From: an uncultured Phycisphaerales bacterium
GTDB lineage: Bacteria; Planctomycetota; Phycisphaerae; Tepidisphaerales; Tepidisphaeraceae
Direction: 5' to 3'
Length of the DNA: 64,000 bases
Assembly: GCA_963758525.1 (NCBI GenBank)
Contig: CAVWVQ010000001.1
Span: 160,001 to 224,000, forward strand
Shown here: positions 11,129 through 23,285 of the stretch, in pieces
How the letters are laid out: each line of letters begins with the position of its first letter
How positions within the stretch are numbered: the stretch's first letter is position 1
Translations under genes and position numbers: made by a program
The notes under the pieces: generated by a model
Seen by the model: only the letters and a program-made list of their open reading frames with translations
Databases searched by the model: none
Told to the model about the DNA's origin: nothing

Positions 11129-13150
11129 TCAGCCGTGGGCTTTGACCGTGATGGTGATCGGCGTGCTGGAGAAGATGTTGTCCAGCTTGTTGGTCTCGGC
11201 GATGGCGTCGCCGGTGTCGACAATCGCGACAACTTTGTAGGTCCCGGGCGTCGTGCCGACGGGATACCTGAAGGCGAGTGGAACGCCGACAAACTTGTTG
11301 GTCTTCAGTTTGAGCTTCACGCGAGCGGTTTTGAGCGTCGTCACCTCGGTGGCGACGGTGCCGTCGGTGGTGAGCAGCAGGGCGACGTTGACGAAGCCGG
11401 TGGCCGTTCCCGTGCCTCTGTTGAAGATGCGGATAGCGGCGCTCGCGGCGGTTCCCGCCCGCACGGCTTTAAACCTGTTGGTGAAAACGCCGGTGAGATT
11501 GACGGTGGCGCTGCCGCTGGACGCTGAGGTGTTGATGAAGTTGATGCCGGCGACAGTCTGCCCGGCGGCGACGCTGACGCTTTGCACCCCCGAGGCGGGT
11601 AGCAGCGTCTGCTGGCCCGGTGCGGTTTCCGCGATGCTGAAGGTGCCGTCGGTCAGCCCGGTGAGGGAATAGGCTCCCGAGCTGTCCGTGGTGGCGCTGG
11701 GTTCGCCGGCCTCGAAGATCTTGTCACCGTTGAGATCCGCGAACACGGTAGCGCCGGCAACGCCGGCGAGTGTTGCGTTTTTCACGGTCCCCTGGACGGT
11801 ATTGGGGAGCGTGACTTGGAACGTTCCCAGTGTTGCGGCGGCTTCCTGATTGCCGCTGACGTCGGAGAGGGGGACTGCGCCGGTCTTGACGGTGTAGGCG
11901 CCATTCGCAGTCGGGCCGGGAATCTGGTAGGTCACCACTTCGCTCGAAGCGGACGTGAGTCCGGTGGAGACGAGCGTCGCGCCCTCGGTCGTACCGCCGG
12001 GGAGCTGAACCAGCAGGTTGTTGTTGCCGACGGTCGCGGCGTTGATCAAGCCGTCATCGCTGTAGGTGACGGTGAACTGATAGGGAGAAGAACTGCTCGC
12101 CTGGATCGAGGGAGCGGAAGTTAGCATTGCAGTCGGACGCGTGGTGTCTGCCGTGACACTGAACGAGCCAAGCGAGCCCGCGGCGACGAAGTTGCCGTTC
12201 ACGTCGCTGACCTGGTTGGTGTTGAGGCTGATCTGGTAGGCGCCCGCCTGCGTCGGGGCGGCAACCTGATAGGTCGCGGTGACGCTCGTGTCATCCGTCA
12301 GTCCGGTCGAAAGCAGCGTGACGCCGGGCGTCGAAGTGTTGGGAGCGGTGACGGTGATGTTGGAAGCCGCGAGCGTGGCGGTGTTGATCGCGACACCGCT
12401 GTTGTAGGTGACGCTGAACTGATATGGCGCGATCTGCGCCATGCACGGTCGGCGTGTTCCCCAGAATCGCAGTCGGCCCGGTCGACGGGATGACGGTCAG
12501 ATCCTGGAACGTCGCGGTCGCGAGAGTCGTCGGGGCGTTTTGCGAGGCGACGGCAAGCCCGACCAGCACGCGGTTGCTGGGAAAGCTGACGGCTGCCGTG
12601 GCAAGGCTTTGAAACGTCACTCCGTTATCAGTCGAGTAGGACGCGTCGACGTTGCCCGCCGTGCGTGTGAGCCGTAGAAGTTCGGAAAAGCTGCCCACTT
12701 GGCCGGGGTTGTTGTTTCCGCCGGTGGTGGCGTTGAACGCGCGGGAATTGACGAAGACCGATCCGTCGTCCCGCGCGCCACAAACACGTTGGCCGCGTCG
12801 GGAAGCAACGACGTGCGGATGTCGAGCCCGGCCAGCGATTCCCCGCTGTTGGCACTGTCGCTGTCGATCTTCACGGTGATCGTTCCGTCGCCGTCCAACG
12901 GCTCGTACACGTAGTGGAAGGCATCCGACCCTCCGATAATATCGTGGCCCGCGCCGGTGACGGTGATGATTCCGGTGTTGCTGTCATAGCTGTCGGACCC
13001 GCCTGCGGGCGTACCGATATCGGCTCCCATCAGCGGCGCCGGGATCGCGGAGAGCAGGAGGCGCGACTCCAGCGCTTCCAGCAGGCACTGGCACGCGACG
13101 AGAAGACGGCCCTGGGCCGAACGCGACGACTGAAACTGCTGACTGTACAC
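11129..13150 (-). CDS. Secreted LEPR-XLL protein with beta-sandwich, SdrD-B-like and CARDB-like regions (frameshifts near 12437 and 12775)
   Basis: LLEALESRLLLS, VFADLNGDKIFEAGEP, IAETNKLDN; paralogous to the next gene. Confidence 0.8.
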
Positions 13151-13438
13151 TGGAAAATCCTCCTTGCAGGACGCCAATCGATCACCCGGTTTCCCGCGAC
13201 GATGCGCGAAACGTCTGTTCTCGGCAGTTGCTTGATTATTCCAAAACGGCAACGGGCGTTTGGTCATTCAAGCAGACCGTCGTGCGCGGAAGGTCGCAAT
13301 GCATCCGTTCCTCGCCGATTAGAAGAGGCTCCTCGTCAAGCGCCGCCTGCGCCACATTGTTCGATGTTTATCGGCGAAGGCTCGCTCGCGGCTTCATGCC
13401 GAATGCGAGGTCACAAATGTTTAGTGGATCAGCCGGGG

Positions 13439-13542
13439 GTTAGCCGCAACGCGCAGCGGAGCGCGTATTCGAACGATAAACAGCGCAATATTAACCTCTC
13501 GCAATCCCGCAAATACGCGCTCCGCTGCGCGTCGCGGCTAAC
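13439..13542. repeat. Long palindromic REP-like element
   Basis: gttagccgcaacgcgcagcggagcgcgtatt ... aatacgcgctccgctgcgcgtcgcggctaac. Confidence 0.8.
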
Positions 13543-13590
13543 CGGGCACATTCTGGAACGAACCCGATTAACTCGCGCCCGACGGCGTTT

Positions 13591-15636
13591 TCAGGCGGTC
13601 GGAATCGCGACGCTGAAGGTCGCGAGCGTCCCGATGGCGACCTGGTCGCCCAGGAGATTCGCAGCGCGATCGATGGACGTCTTGATCGTATAGGTTCCGT
13701 TCACACTGGGCGCGGGGATTTTGTAGGTCGCGACAATCTTGGAAGCGGCAGTCTTCACGCTGGAAGCAAGAAGCGTCGCTTCGACGGACCCGTCGGGAAA
13801 CACAACGACCCAGTTGTTGTTGCCGATGCGAAGCGGATTTACCAGGCTGCCGGTCGCGGTGTAAGTGACGGTGAATTTATAGGGAGCTTTGGACTTGTGG
13901 GAAACCTTCGGGGCCGACTTGAGACTGGCGACGATGAAGTGCGTGCCGACGCTGCCCTGGGGCGTGATGTCGATGGCCGAGCTGGAAAAGACGTTGTCGA
14001 GTTTGTTCGACTCGGCGACCGCGTTGGCGGAATCGACAACTGCAAGGACCTTGTAGCTTCCAGTCGGGCTGAGGGGATACGTAAAGCTCACGGGCACGAC
14101 GACGGATTGCCCGGCGCCGAGATTGAGCTTGACGGATTTGGTATTGAGCAGAGCGACCGCGCTCGAGGCGGTGCCATCGGGGGTGAGCAATTCGGTGACG
14201 TTCACCGTCTTAGTGATTCTGGTCTTGCCGTTATTGATGATGCGTACCTTCGAATTGCTCAGGGAGCCGGCTTGAATCGAAGTGGGAAAACTGGTGACGA
14301 AAACGCCGGTAAGGTTCGTCGTCGAGCCGGCTGTGTTGGCGGCGGTGTTGACGAAGTTGACGTTGTTGACAGTCTCGTCGCCGGAGAGCGTGACCGTGTC
14401 CGAGCTATTAGGCAGCGTCTGCTGGCCGGCGGGAGGAGTTTCAGTGATGGAGTAGGTGCCGTCCGACAGGCCGCTGAGAGAGAAGGCCCCTGACGCGTCG
14501 GTGACGGCCGAGCGCTCGCCCGTGTCAAGCACTCCATTATGGTTGGAATCAACGAAGACAGTGGCGCCGGCGATGCCGCTTAATTGCGGGGTGCGCACCA
14601 GTCCGTTGACGGTATCCGAGGGAGCGACGCTGAAGGTCCCGAGCGTTCCGCCGGGAATCTGAGTTCCGTTGATATCGGTGACCGGAGTGTTCCCTGTCGT
14701 GATGGTGTAGGTGCCGTTGGTGGTCGGCGGGTTGATCTGGTAGGTCGCCACGATCGTCGACGCGTTCGTCAGGCCGGTGGTAATGAGCGTGGCTGGTTCT
14801 GTCGATCCGTCAGGAAGCTGCACCACCCAGTTGTTGTTGCCGACGGTCGCGGCGTTCACCAGATTGCTGGAGTTGTAGGTGACGGTGAACTGATACGGCG
14901 TGGTCGTGTTGGCGGAGACCGCGGGCGCCGAAGTGAGCGTTGCGGTGGTGCCGGTCGCGGGCACGACGCTGAAATTGGCGAAGGTAGCCGTGGCGAGCGT
15001 GGCGGGCGCGGTTTGGGAGGAGACGGCCATTCCAACCAGCACGGTGTTGGAGGTGAAATTGATCGTTTGCGTGTCGAGCAGTTGATAAGTGTTGCCGCCG
15101 TCAGTGGAATAAAACGCCTTGACGGTGTCTCCGGTGCGGGTGAGCCGCACAAATTCGGGCAGGGTGCCGGGAACCCCGTTGTTGTCATCGTTGCCCAATT
15201 GGTTGTCCACGAGGCGCGAGTCCACGAAGACCGATCCCCCGTCTCGAGCGGCGACCCACATGTTGGCCGAGGTGGTCGACAGCGAGTTGCGAATGGTCAG
15301 ACCGGCCAGGGAATGATCGGTGTTGGCGCTGTCGGAGGTCACCTGAACGGTGACCGTCCCATCGCCGGTGAGAGGCTGGTAAACGGTTTCGAAGCCGTCC
15401 GCGGCACCGAAGATGTCGTAACCAGCCCCGGTAATCGTATACGTATGAGTGGTGCTGTCGTAGGTGGCTGATCCGCCGGTCGGCGTGCCAACTTCGGCGA
15501 CCGCAAGCGGAGAAGGGATCGCCGAGAGGAAGACGCGCGATTCGAGCGCCTCCAGGACGCTGCGGCAACCGAGGGCTAAACGTGAATGAAGAGAACGACG
15601 GCGTTGAGCGGAACTGATCACTGGTGCTTTCTCCAT
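13591..15636 (-). CDS. Secreted LEPR-XLL protein, paralog of 11129-13150
   Basis: VLEALESRVFLS, VFVDSNHNGVLDTGE, VAESNKLDN, repeated PYxFTVTY...VGNNN module. Confidence 0.85.
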   Translation of the reverse strand: MEKAPVISSAQRRRSLHSRLALGCRSVLEALESRVFLSAIPSPLAVAEVGTPTGGSATYDSTTHTYTITGAGYDIFGAADGFETVYQPLTGDGTVTVQVTSDSANTDHSLAGLTIRNSLSTTSANMWVAARDGGSVFVDSRLVDNQLGNDDNNGVPGTLPEFVRLTRTGDTVKAFYSTDGGNTYQLLDTQTINFTSNTVLVGMAVSSQTAPATLATATFANFSVVPATGTTATLTSAPAVSANTTTPYQFTVTYNSSNLVNAATVGNNNWVVQLPDGSTEPATLITTGLTNASTIVATYQINPPTTNGTYTITTGNTPVTDINGTQIPGGTLGTFSVAPSDTVNGLVRTPQLSGIAGATVFVDSNHNGVLDTGERSAVTDASGAFSLSGLSDGTYSITETPPAGQQTLPNSSDTVTLSGDETVNNVNFVNTAANTAGSTTNLTGVFVTSFPTSIQAGSLSNSKVRIINNGKTRITKTVNVTELLTPDGTASSAVALLNTKSVKLNLGAGQSVVVPVSFTYPLSPTGSYKVLAVVDSANAVAESNKLDNVFSSSAIDITPQGSVGTHFIVASLKSAPKVSHKSKAPYKFTVTYTATGSLVNPLRIGNNNWVVVFPDGSVEATLLASSVKTAASKIVATYKIPAPSVNGTYTIKTSIDRAANLLGDQVAIGTLATFSVAIPTA

Positions 15637-15823
15637 GGCGGCCGCGCTGCCTGACGGAACCGACGGCCCGCGACATCGCGAGCAAATCGTCAGTTTTCCG
15701 CGTCCAACCGCGTGTGAGCCGCGATTGAGACGCTGCCGCAAGCAGACTGATGGAATACGGGGTCGATCATAGCGTGGATAATGGCGCGCGTCAGGAAATT
15801 ATCGTGAGCGTCACAGCCGGGGG

Positions 15824-15966
15824 GGGTGTGGCGCTCGAAAGTGGCGATCGGCTCCGAGTAGGGCGGGATTCATCCCGCCGATTTGTTGGCCGGCTGAGAA
15901 AACGGCGGGATGAATCCCGCCCTACGATCGCAAAATCTGCAATCGCCACAAATAAAAGTTACACCC
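15824..15966. mobile_element. 143-bp MITE, copy 2
   Basis: Same sequence as copy 1 with one substitution; acagccgg on both sides, with extra Gs on the left. Confidence 0.85.
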
Positions 15967-16100
15967 ACAGCCGGGCCGGCCTAATGCCACTGGGGCGGGC
16001 GGTGTCTTGGACAGTCTGGACAAGCTTCGCCGAGTTGCGCTCTTGATTTGTTGAAACCATCACGTACACTTTCCACTGTAAAGCTCATCGGGAGACTCGC

Positions 16101-16712
16101 ATGCACTTGGATGACGCGCTGGTGCAGATCGCACAGATACGAAGGCAGTTGGCCCGCAGCGAGGTCTTTCGCGGATATCGGGCCGCGACGACCGCGTTTT
16201 CCGGCGTCGTCGCGCTGACGGCGTCGCTCGTGCAGGGGTGCTGGTTGCCGGACACGCTGGGAGCGTATCTCTCGCTGTGGATCGGCGCGGCGGCGCTGAG
16301 CGTGGCGGTCGTTGGCGCCGAGATGTATGTCAGTTGCCGCCGAGCGCAGTCTGCAATGCGAAACCAGATGACCTTCTCGGCCGTCGAGCAGTTTGTGCCG
16401 TCGCTGGTCGCCGGCGGATTGCTGACCTTTGCGCTAGTGCGGTTCGCCCCTGACACTCTCTGGCTGATGCCGGGATTGTGGGCGGTGTTGTTTGGGTTGG
16501 GAATTTTTGCCTCCCGCCGCCTGCTTCCGCGCGGGGCCGGTGCGGTGGGATTCTGGTATCTGCTGACCGGCTTATGCTCGGTGGTTTGGGCTTCGCAATC
16601 CCGCTACGAGTTTTCCGCCTGGCACATGGCCATCATGTTTGGCATCGGGCAACTGATAGCGGCGGGGATGTTGTACTGGAACCTGGAGCGCGCCAATGGC
16701 TGGAACCGATGA
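16101..16712 (+). CDS. Integral membrane protein
   Basis: About 6 hydrophobic segments; first gene of a three-gene cluster. Confidence 0.8.
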   Translation: MHLDDALVQIAQIRRQLARSEVFRGYRAATTAFSGVVALTASLVQGCWLPDTLGAYLSLWIGAAALSVAVVGAEMYVSCRRAQSAMRNQMTFSAVEQFVPSLVAGGLLTFALVRFAPDTLWLMPGLWAVLFGLGIFASRRLLPRGAGAVGFWYLLTGLCSVVWASQSRYEFSAWHMAIMFGIGQLIAAGMLYWNLERANGWNR

Positions 16713-17085
16713 TTCCGTTCGCGAGGCCGGGCGGTACGCGTACGACGGCTTGGAACGCCTGCTTCATGAGCGGGCGCGCTTGAGCATTCTCTCGTCGCTG
16801 GCGGCACACGCTGACGGTCTGCTGTTCAATGATCTCAAGTCCCTCTGCTCCCTCACGGACGGAAATCTCAGCCGGCAGTTGCAGACGCTTCAGGAAGCGG
16901 GATTGGTGGAGGTCTGGAAAGGGTTCAAGCGAAACCGCCCGCAGACGCTGTGCCGAATCAGCGAAGAAGGGCGTCGGCGATTCCTGGAATATGTGAATGT
17001 GCTGGAAAACGTGATTGCCGATGCGGTGCGGTCAAAATCGCACGCCGACCGAAGCGTCGCGCCGCGCAGGGTCGCGCCGGCATAA
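16696..17085 (+). CDS. Winged-helix transcriptional regulator (MarR/ArsR-like)
   Basis: LHERARLSILSSL..FNDLKSLCSLTDGNLSRQLQTLQEAGLV. Confidence 0.9.
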   Translation: MAGTDDSVREAGRYAYDGLERLLHERARLSILSSLAAHADGLLFNDLKSLCSLTDGNLSRQLQTLQEAGLVEVWKGFKRNRPQTLCRISEEGRRRFLEYVNVLENVIADAVRSKSHADRSVAPRRVAPA

Positions 17086-17168
17086 TTTTTTTGCCGGGTC
17101 GCTTTACAGTACAAAGTATTCTCAAGTAGGAAGTTTGGTGTCTCGGCCTCTTCCTGGATCGTACGCTC

Positions 17169-18847
17169 ATGGGCAATTTGCTGACGACCATCGCGACCCT
17201 GCTGGATAATTCTAATCACTCGTCGAAGGGAAATCTGATGTCAGAAACAGTTGGGATCAGTCCCATTACTGTGTGGCGGCGGAGTTGGGTTCTGCTGGCG
17301 ATCGCGACGCTGTCGTCCGCCATCGCGGCCGATCTCTTCTTCTACGGGCATCCGCTCGGCTGGACCGTCGGCGCCTACCTTCTGCTGCTGACCGTCCTGC
17401 TGTTGCTTCGGCTGTGGCAAGCGCGTCAGCCGCGTTCCGCGGCACTGCTGCTGCTGGCGGTCTGCGGTTTGGGATTCGGGCTGGTTGAAGCGCCGACGCG
17501 ATTCAATATCGCCTGCGCGATTGCGGCGATCGGAACATTCGCGCTTGCGCTGCGGATTCCGACCCGTTTTGGTGCGCCTTCCTGGCTCGCGCGGTGGGGC
17601 GTCCTGCTGATAGCGCCGCTCACCCGTCCGCTCCACGACGCCGGGCGGGTGGCACGTTGGATTGCCCGTCATCCGCGTTCCGCGGCGAAGCCGCTGCGCA
17701 CCGCCGGCCTTTGGATGGCGCCGGTCATTCTTGGCTCACTCTTTGCCGGAATTTTCGCGATCGCCAATCCGATTGTGGAACATTGGCTGACAGCGACTTT
17801 CGACTGGCTCAATAAACTGCTGGCACAGCTCGACGTGCTGGTTCAGCCGGATCGGGTCGGACTGTGGGTGCTGGCATCGGCCGTCACATATGCGCTGTTG
17901 CGTGTCTCGCGGAAGCGACGGCGCCGATCCGATGCGGCCTCAGTCGCGCGCGTAATTCTGCCGGTCTCCGGACCGATGGCGTTTATTCCGGAGACCGCCA
18001 TCGTCACGCGCTGCCTGTTGGTCTTCAATCTGGTTTTCGCGGTGGAGACGGCGCTCGACATGATCTATCTCTGGGGCGGCCGCGCGTTGCCGGCCGGGCT
18101 GAACTACAAAGAGTATGCGCATCGCGGCGCATATCCGTTGATCGCAACCGCGCTGCTTGCCGGAGTGTTCGTTCTCGTCACCTTTCGAAACGACGCGGAC
18201 ACAAAAGACAGCCGCGCCGCTCGCTGGCTGGTCTACGGGTGGATTGCGCAGAACGTTCTGCTCACGCTGTCGGCGGCCTGGCGTCTGTGGCTCTACGTGG
18301 ATGTCTCGTTGCTGACGCACTGCGCCTTGCCACGTCCATTTGGCTTCTGCTCGTCGCCGCCGGGCTGGTGAGTCTCATCTGGCGCATCGTCCGCCGTCGC
18401 GATAACGACTGGCTCATTCGCATCAATTGCGCGATGGCGGCGTCAGTGCTTTATGTCTGCTGCTTTATGAATTACGACGGATTTATCGCGTCGTGGAACG
18501 CCGACCATTGCGATTTCTTGCGGCACGGAGCCACCGCCGCGGGCCTCTCCTACTTCGCAACGCTGGGCGAGGAATCGCTCCCCGCGCTCCGCCGGCTGAA
18601 ACCGACGCTCGACACGCCCGAAGCGACCGCCGCCGCCAACGGCATGATCGAAGGCTTCAGCGATCAGCTTGCCGACGAGCTCGACGATTGGCGCGGCTGG
18701 ACCTGGCGGCGGGCGCGCCTGCAGGCGCAGTTTCCCGCTCCCAACGCCTTGACACGCGCATCCTATCGCGCCAGCCGCTCACTGCCCGGCCGCGGCGCCG
18801 ACGGCTGGAACAACACCGATCGAAGCGTGTGGTCCTATGGACGATGA
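17169..18847 (+). CDS. DUF4153/DUF4173-like membrane protein (frameshift near 18320)
   Basis: FAIANP, YKEYAHRGAYPL, LYV...LT(R)LRL, WRGWTW. Confidence 0.75.
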
Positions 18848-18913
18848 TCCGCGCGCATCTGTCCCGAAGTTCGATGGACACTCCCCGGCTCAAACATTAC
18901 GATTGGCCCATTC

Positions 18914-18987
18914 GTTCCCGTAGCGCAATTGGATAGAGCGTCGGCCTCCGAAGCCGAAGGTTGCAGGTTCGACCCCTGCCGGGAACA
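18914..18987 (+). tRNA. tRNA-Arg(CCG)
   Basis: Acceptor GTTCCCG/CGGGAAC, D arm with GG, anticodon stem TCGGC-CTCCGAA-GCCGA, T arm GCAGG-TTCGACC-CCTGC; no encoded CCA. Confidence 0.95.
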
Positions 18988-19108
18988 GTGGAAAACAAGG
19001 GGTTTTTGAAAGGCGGGCGGCTTGGGGACTACCGGGATGGCCGGCGATCGATGCTCATTTTGAATTAGGTGGCGGCGAAGATTCGCAAAATAGGGACCAG
19101 GGAACAGA

Positions 19109-19400
19109 ATGACCGCCGCACTCTTTATCGGATTCTTGGGGTTGGTGACAGCGGTGGTCGTCGTCGTATCAGCCCGCTTCCTTACCCGTCCGGATCGCTT
19201 TTCGCGTGCTGGCCGTGCTTTCGATCTGGTTCATTTATGCCGGCTTGCTCGGATATTTCGGAGTCGTCAAGAAGACGGCGATGCGCCCCCCGGGATTCAG
19301 CCTTCTTCGTGCCCCTTGCCGTGGTGCTGCACGTGCTTGCCATGCGAGCGATCGGCATCCGGCTGCGCTGCGAAGCTTCGGGTGCGGTTACGGCTGATCG
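19109..19400 (+). pseudogene. Degraded membrane-protein fragment
   Basis: Hydrophobic segments split over frames (MTAALFIGFLG... / VLSIWFIYAGLLGYFG). Confidence 0.35.
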
Positions 19401-19591
19401 GGCGGAGCCGCTGGGCTTGGCCCTGAAACGATACATCTCGTGTTGTGCATTTCCGGTAGCCGCGGAGCGGGCTGGATCGCGTACAGACATTCAAAGTCCC
19501 GGATCGGGTTCCACTTTTTGATCGCCCGCGACGTTTTCTGCCTATGATCGGATCGACTGCAGAGGCCGTTTTCTTTACTCGGAGATGGACC

Positions 19592-20167
19592 ATGAAAGAA
19601 TCCACGTCGCATCGCGCTTCACCCCGACATTCCGTGCAACCCAAAGAGCCGGAAATCCAGGCGTATAATGCCGTCGGCGAGATGCCGATCGCGCTGGCCG
19701 GATCGGCACGCAAGGAAAGCGTCGACAACCTGAACCAACTGCTCGCCGATCTGATCACGCTTCGCGATCTGTACAAAAAGCATCACTGGCAAGTGTCGGG
19801 GCCGACGTTCTATCAGTTGCACCTGCTGTTTGACAAGCACAACGCCGAGGTGGCGGAGCTGGTTGACGCGACTGCTGAGCGCATCCAGACGCTCGGCGGC
19901 GTCAGCATTGCCATGGCACACGATGTTGCCGAAACGACGTTGATCCCCAGGGCGCCCAAAGGTCGCGAATCGGCTGACTCGCAGATGCGACGCCTGCTGC
20001 ACGCGCACGAAGTGATCCTCGAAGAGTCAAGATCCATGGCCCGCATCGCCGCAAAGTCCGGCGACGACGGCACCAACGACTTGATCGTCAGCAGCGTCAT
20101 TCGGACCAACGAACTGCAGGTCTGGTTCGTCGCAGAACACCTGGCTCCGTCGACTCGGCAGGAATGA
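19592..20167 (+). CDS. dps: Dps DNA starvation protection protein
   Basis: KKHHWQVSGPTFYQLHLLFD, DATAERIQTLGG. Confidence 0.95.
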   Translation: MKESTSHRASPRHSVQPKEPEIQAYNAVGEMPIALAGSARKESVDNLNQLLADLITLRDLYKKHHWQVSGPTFYQLHLLFDKHNAEVAELVDATAERIQTLGGVSIAMAHDVAETTLIPRAPKGRESADSQMRRLLHAHEVILEESRSMARIAAKSGDDGTNDLIVSSVIRTNELQVWFVAEHLAPSTRQE

Positions 20168-20245
20168 TCGCACTTCCGGGAACCAAGGATTAAGCGACCG
20201 ATATTGCTCATGTCGTAAGTTTGCTGTGCTCCATTTGAATGATTC

Positions 20246-20878
20246 ATGCTTGCCCCCGACCCAAAGTTGACTGAACCGACTCCGCGCGGGTCGGGCACGA
20301 CCGCCGGGCATGCGCCGCAGGACGTAGCACGCGATGGCAACCGCCTCATCGTCCCTCGGGGCGGTGACATTTCCGGATTGTGCCTCTGCTGCGGTCAAGC
20401 GTCCGCCGGGCGGATCACGTGCCATCTGCGCCGCGCCAATGGCGGCGTGTTTCACAAAAGCACGGGCAGCTCGTCGGGAAGCAGCTTGCTGCTGATTTTG
20501 GATTTACTTGAACTCGTCCTGTTTTGCCTGATGTTCGTGACCGATCTCCCGGCCTCGCGAAAGCGAAAGCTGACCTACGGCCTGTGCGCCAAGCACCTCA
20601 GCAAACGCAGGTGGATGCGGACGAGCGCTCCCGTGGTTTTTCTGCTTGGCGTGGTGTTGCTCGGCTATATGTTTACACACACGTCTGCGCCAGCTTATAT
20701 CGGCATTCCCGCGGCAATCGTCGGGATTGGATCGATCGCGGGGGGGCCGATGCTGTATTTCATGTCTCCCCGTCCCTCACTGGCCGGAGAAAATCCGCAG
20801 TATCTGTGGTTGAAGGGAGCCGGCAAGGCTTTGCTGGATCAATATCCCCAGCAGAAGAAGAGCACGCCCAACGTCTAA
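20246..20878 (+). CDS. Hypothetical membrane protein with CxxC and CxxH motifs
   Basis: CLCCG, LCAKH, transmembrane segments. Confidence 0.7.
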   Translation: MLAPDPKLTEPTPRGSGTTAGHAPQDVARDGNRLIVPRGGDISGLCLCCGQASAGRITCHLRRANGGVFHKSTGSSSGSSLLLILDLLELVLFCLMFVTDLPASRKRKLTYGLCAKHLSKRRWMRTSAPVVFLLGVVLLGYMFTHTSAPAYIGIPAAIVGIGSIAGGPMLYFMSPRPSLAGENPQYLWLKGAGKALLDQYPQQKKSTPNV

Positions 20879-23285
20879 GCCGGGGAGTTCATCGCCGCGG
20901 TCCGGCCGGCGAGGCTTGCGACGACGGCCACGAGCTCAGCCGGCTCGACAGGCTTGGCGACGTGCGATTGATAGCCGGCGCGCACGCGCGGGTTCTGTCT
21001 TCAGATCTGGCGAATGCGGTCAGCGCCGCAGCCGGTGTGTGACCTCCCTGGGCGCCGGAAAGCTGGCGGACTTTGCGAATCAGCTCGTATCCGTCCTCGA
21101 ATGGCATCCCGATGTCGCTCACGAGCACCGCTGGACGCTTGCGCAGCAGGAGTTCCATGGCTTCGGCTGCGGACGAGGCGACGATCACGTCCGCCTTGCA
21201 TTCCTGGAGTACGCGGGCAACGAGATTGCGGGCGTCCTCCTCGTCGTCAACCACAAGCACAGACACGCCGGCAAGCGCATCGTGCTCACAAAACACCTCA
21301 GGCGTCTTGCCGTCCAACCGGCGCGGGTGTTTGCGATCCTTCGCAGGATCGCTCGCGAGAATCACCATCAGCGGCAGCGCGACGACAAACGTCGCTCCCA
21401 TCCCCTCTCCGGCACTATCGGCGCACACTCTGCCGCCGTGGAGCTCGACAAGATTCTTCACGATCGCCAGGCCAAGTCCGAGTCCTCCGTGCCGGCGGGT
21501 CGTCGTTGAGTCGGCCTGTCGAAACCGCTCGAAGACGTACGGAAGAAAGTCCGCTTTGATTCCTGCGCCGGTGTCGGTCACCGTAATCTCGACGTGGCTG
21601 TTGACCCGTTCCAGCGCAACCTGCACCTTGCCGCCTTTGGGCGTGAATTTGACGGCGTTTGACACAAGATTCCAGACCACCTGCTGGAGCCGGGCTGGAT
21701 CGCCGCGCACCGGCTCGATGTGCGTATCGACCACCTTTTCCAGCCGGATTTCCTTGGCCTCGGCGGCGGGGCGAACCGCCTCAATGGCGGCGTTGACGAC
21801 CTCGCCCAGATTCAGTTGCTGCACGTCGATCCGAAGTTTGCCGGAGATGATTCGGCTCATGTCGAGCAAGTCTTCGATGAGCTGCGCCTGCACTCGGGAA
21901 TTACGCTCGATGACCGCCAGTGCCTCGTCGAGCTCCGGGTCGTTCTGCTTGCGCCGGCGGAGAATCTGCGACCACCCGAGAATCGCATTGAGCGGCGTCC
22001 GCAATTCGTGCGACAGGGTCGCGAGAAACTCGTCCTTCAGCCGGCTCGCACGCTCGGCATCCGTTCGCGCCGCTCGCTCCGCGTCCAGCAGCCGTTCGCG
22101 CTCTTCCGCAGAACGTTTCTTGTCGGTGATGTCCTGAGTGACCCCTGTCAGCCGCACAGGCGTGCCATCAGTTGCACAGATCGGCCGGCCGCGGGCGAGG
22201 ATCCAGTGCCGGGTTCCGTCGGGCCAGATGACGCGCATTTCGGCCGCGAAGTCGTCCTTCCGTTCGATCGCACGTTCGGCTTCAACTCGGGTAGGCTCGC
22301 GATCTTCAGCAACGATCGCTTCCCACAGCATCGCATAGGTGAACGTCGCGCCGGGCAAAAGACCGAAGTGCGCCCGGCAACCATCGGAACAGGCCAGCTC
22401 GCCGGTCAGCAGGTCCACCTGCCATGTTCCCAACCGTCCCGCTTGCAGCGCCAGGGTTAGCTGCTCGCGGCCCTCGCGAAGCGCTTCCTCGGCGCGCTTC
22501 TGCTGCGAAATATCAGTGTTCGTCCCGAACCAGAGCACGATCTGGCCGTCATTTTTGAACGGCATTACCCTGGTCAGGAAGGGACGGAACGTTCCGTCGG
22601 CACCACGCAGCGGAAATGTCATGTCAAATGGGCGCCCGCTCGCGATCGACGCCTGCCATTCTTCCATCACGGCAGGAAGGACCTTTGGATCATGGACACT
22701 CTGCCAACCCCATCCCTCCATTTCGGATTGAGTGGTTCCGGTGTAGGCGTGCCAGCGTCGATTGTACCAGAAAATCCACCCGTCGGGGTTGGCCATCCAG
22801 GCGAGCTGCGGGATGAAATTGGCCATCGCCTCAAACCGATTCTGCACCTCGCGGATGGCATCGATCTGCTGGCGTATTAAATATTGCCGCTCCCGGCCTC
22901 TGACGGCCGCCTGCACGGCGCTGACCACCGAGCGCGTCGGCGCCGGTCGCTCCAGGAGCGTGACGTTGGTCAGAGAGCGGAGGACCCGGGCGGCCGCCGG
23001 CGCGCTCCGATCGCCTCGCATGAGCAGGACAACGGGAATGTCCGACCAGGCTGGCTGCGCTTCCAATTTCGCGAGCAGCGCGTCCAACCCTCTGGCGCCA
23101 AAGGCCTCGTCGGTCAGAATGATCGCACCGACTCCTGCATCGATTTCGCAAGTGAGCTGCAGAAGGTCGGGGCAGACGATGCAGTGCAGGCTCTCCGCGG
23201 CCAGCAAAGACCGCGTGATCTCGCCATCTCGGGCCGTCGCCGCCGCCAGCAGCACACGCGTTTCTGAGTCTGATCGCACGCTCAA
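20875..23285 (-). CDS. Hybrid sensor histidine kinase (pseudo-receiver, two PAS, HisKA, HATPase, receiver; frameshift near 20985)
   Basis: LSHELRTPL, NAVKFT, GGLGLGL, VLVVDDE, SDIGMP. Confidence 0.95.

Noticed and set aside
18914..18987. Island integrated at tRNA-Arg
   Set aside because: No duplicated tRNA 3' end and no adjacent phage-type integrase found in the window.
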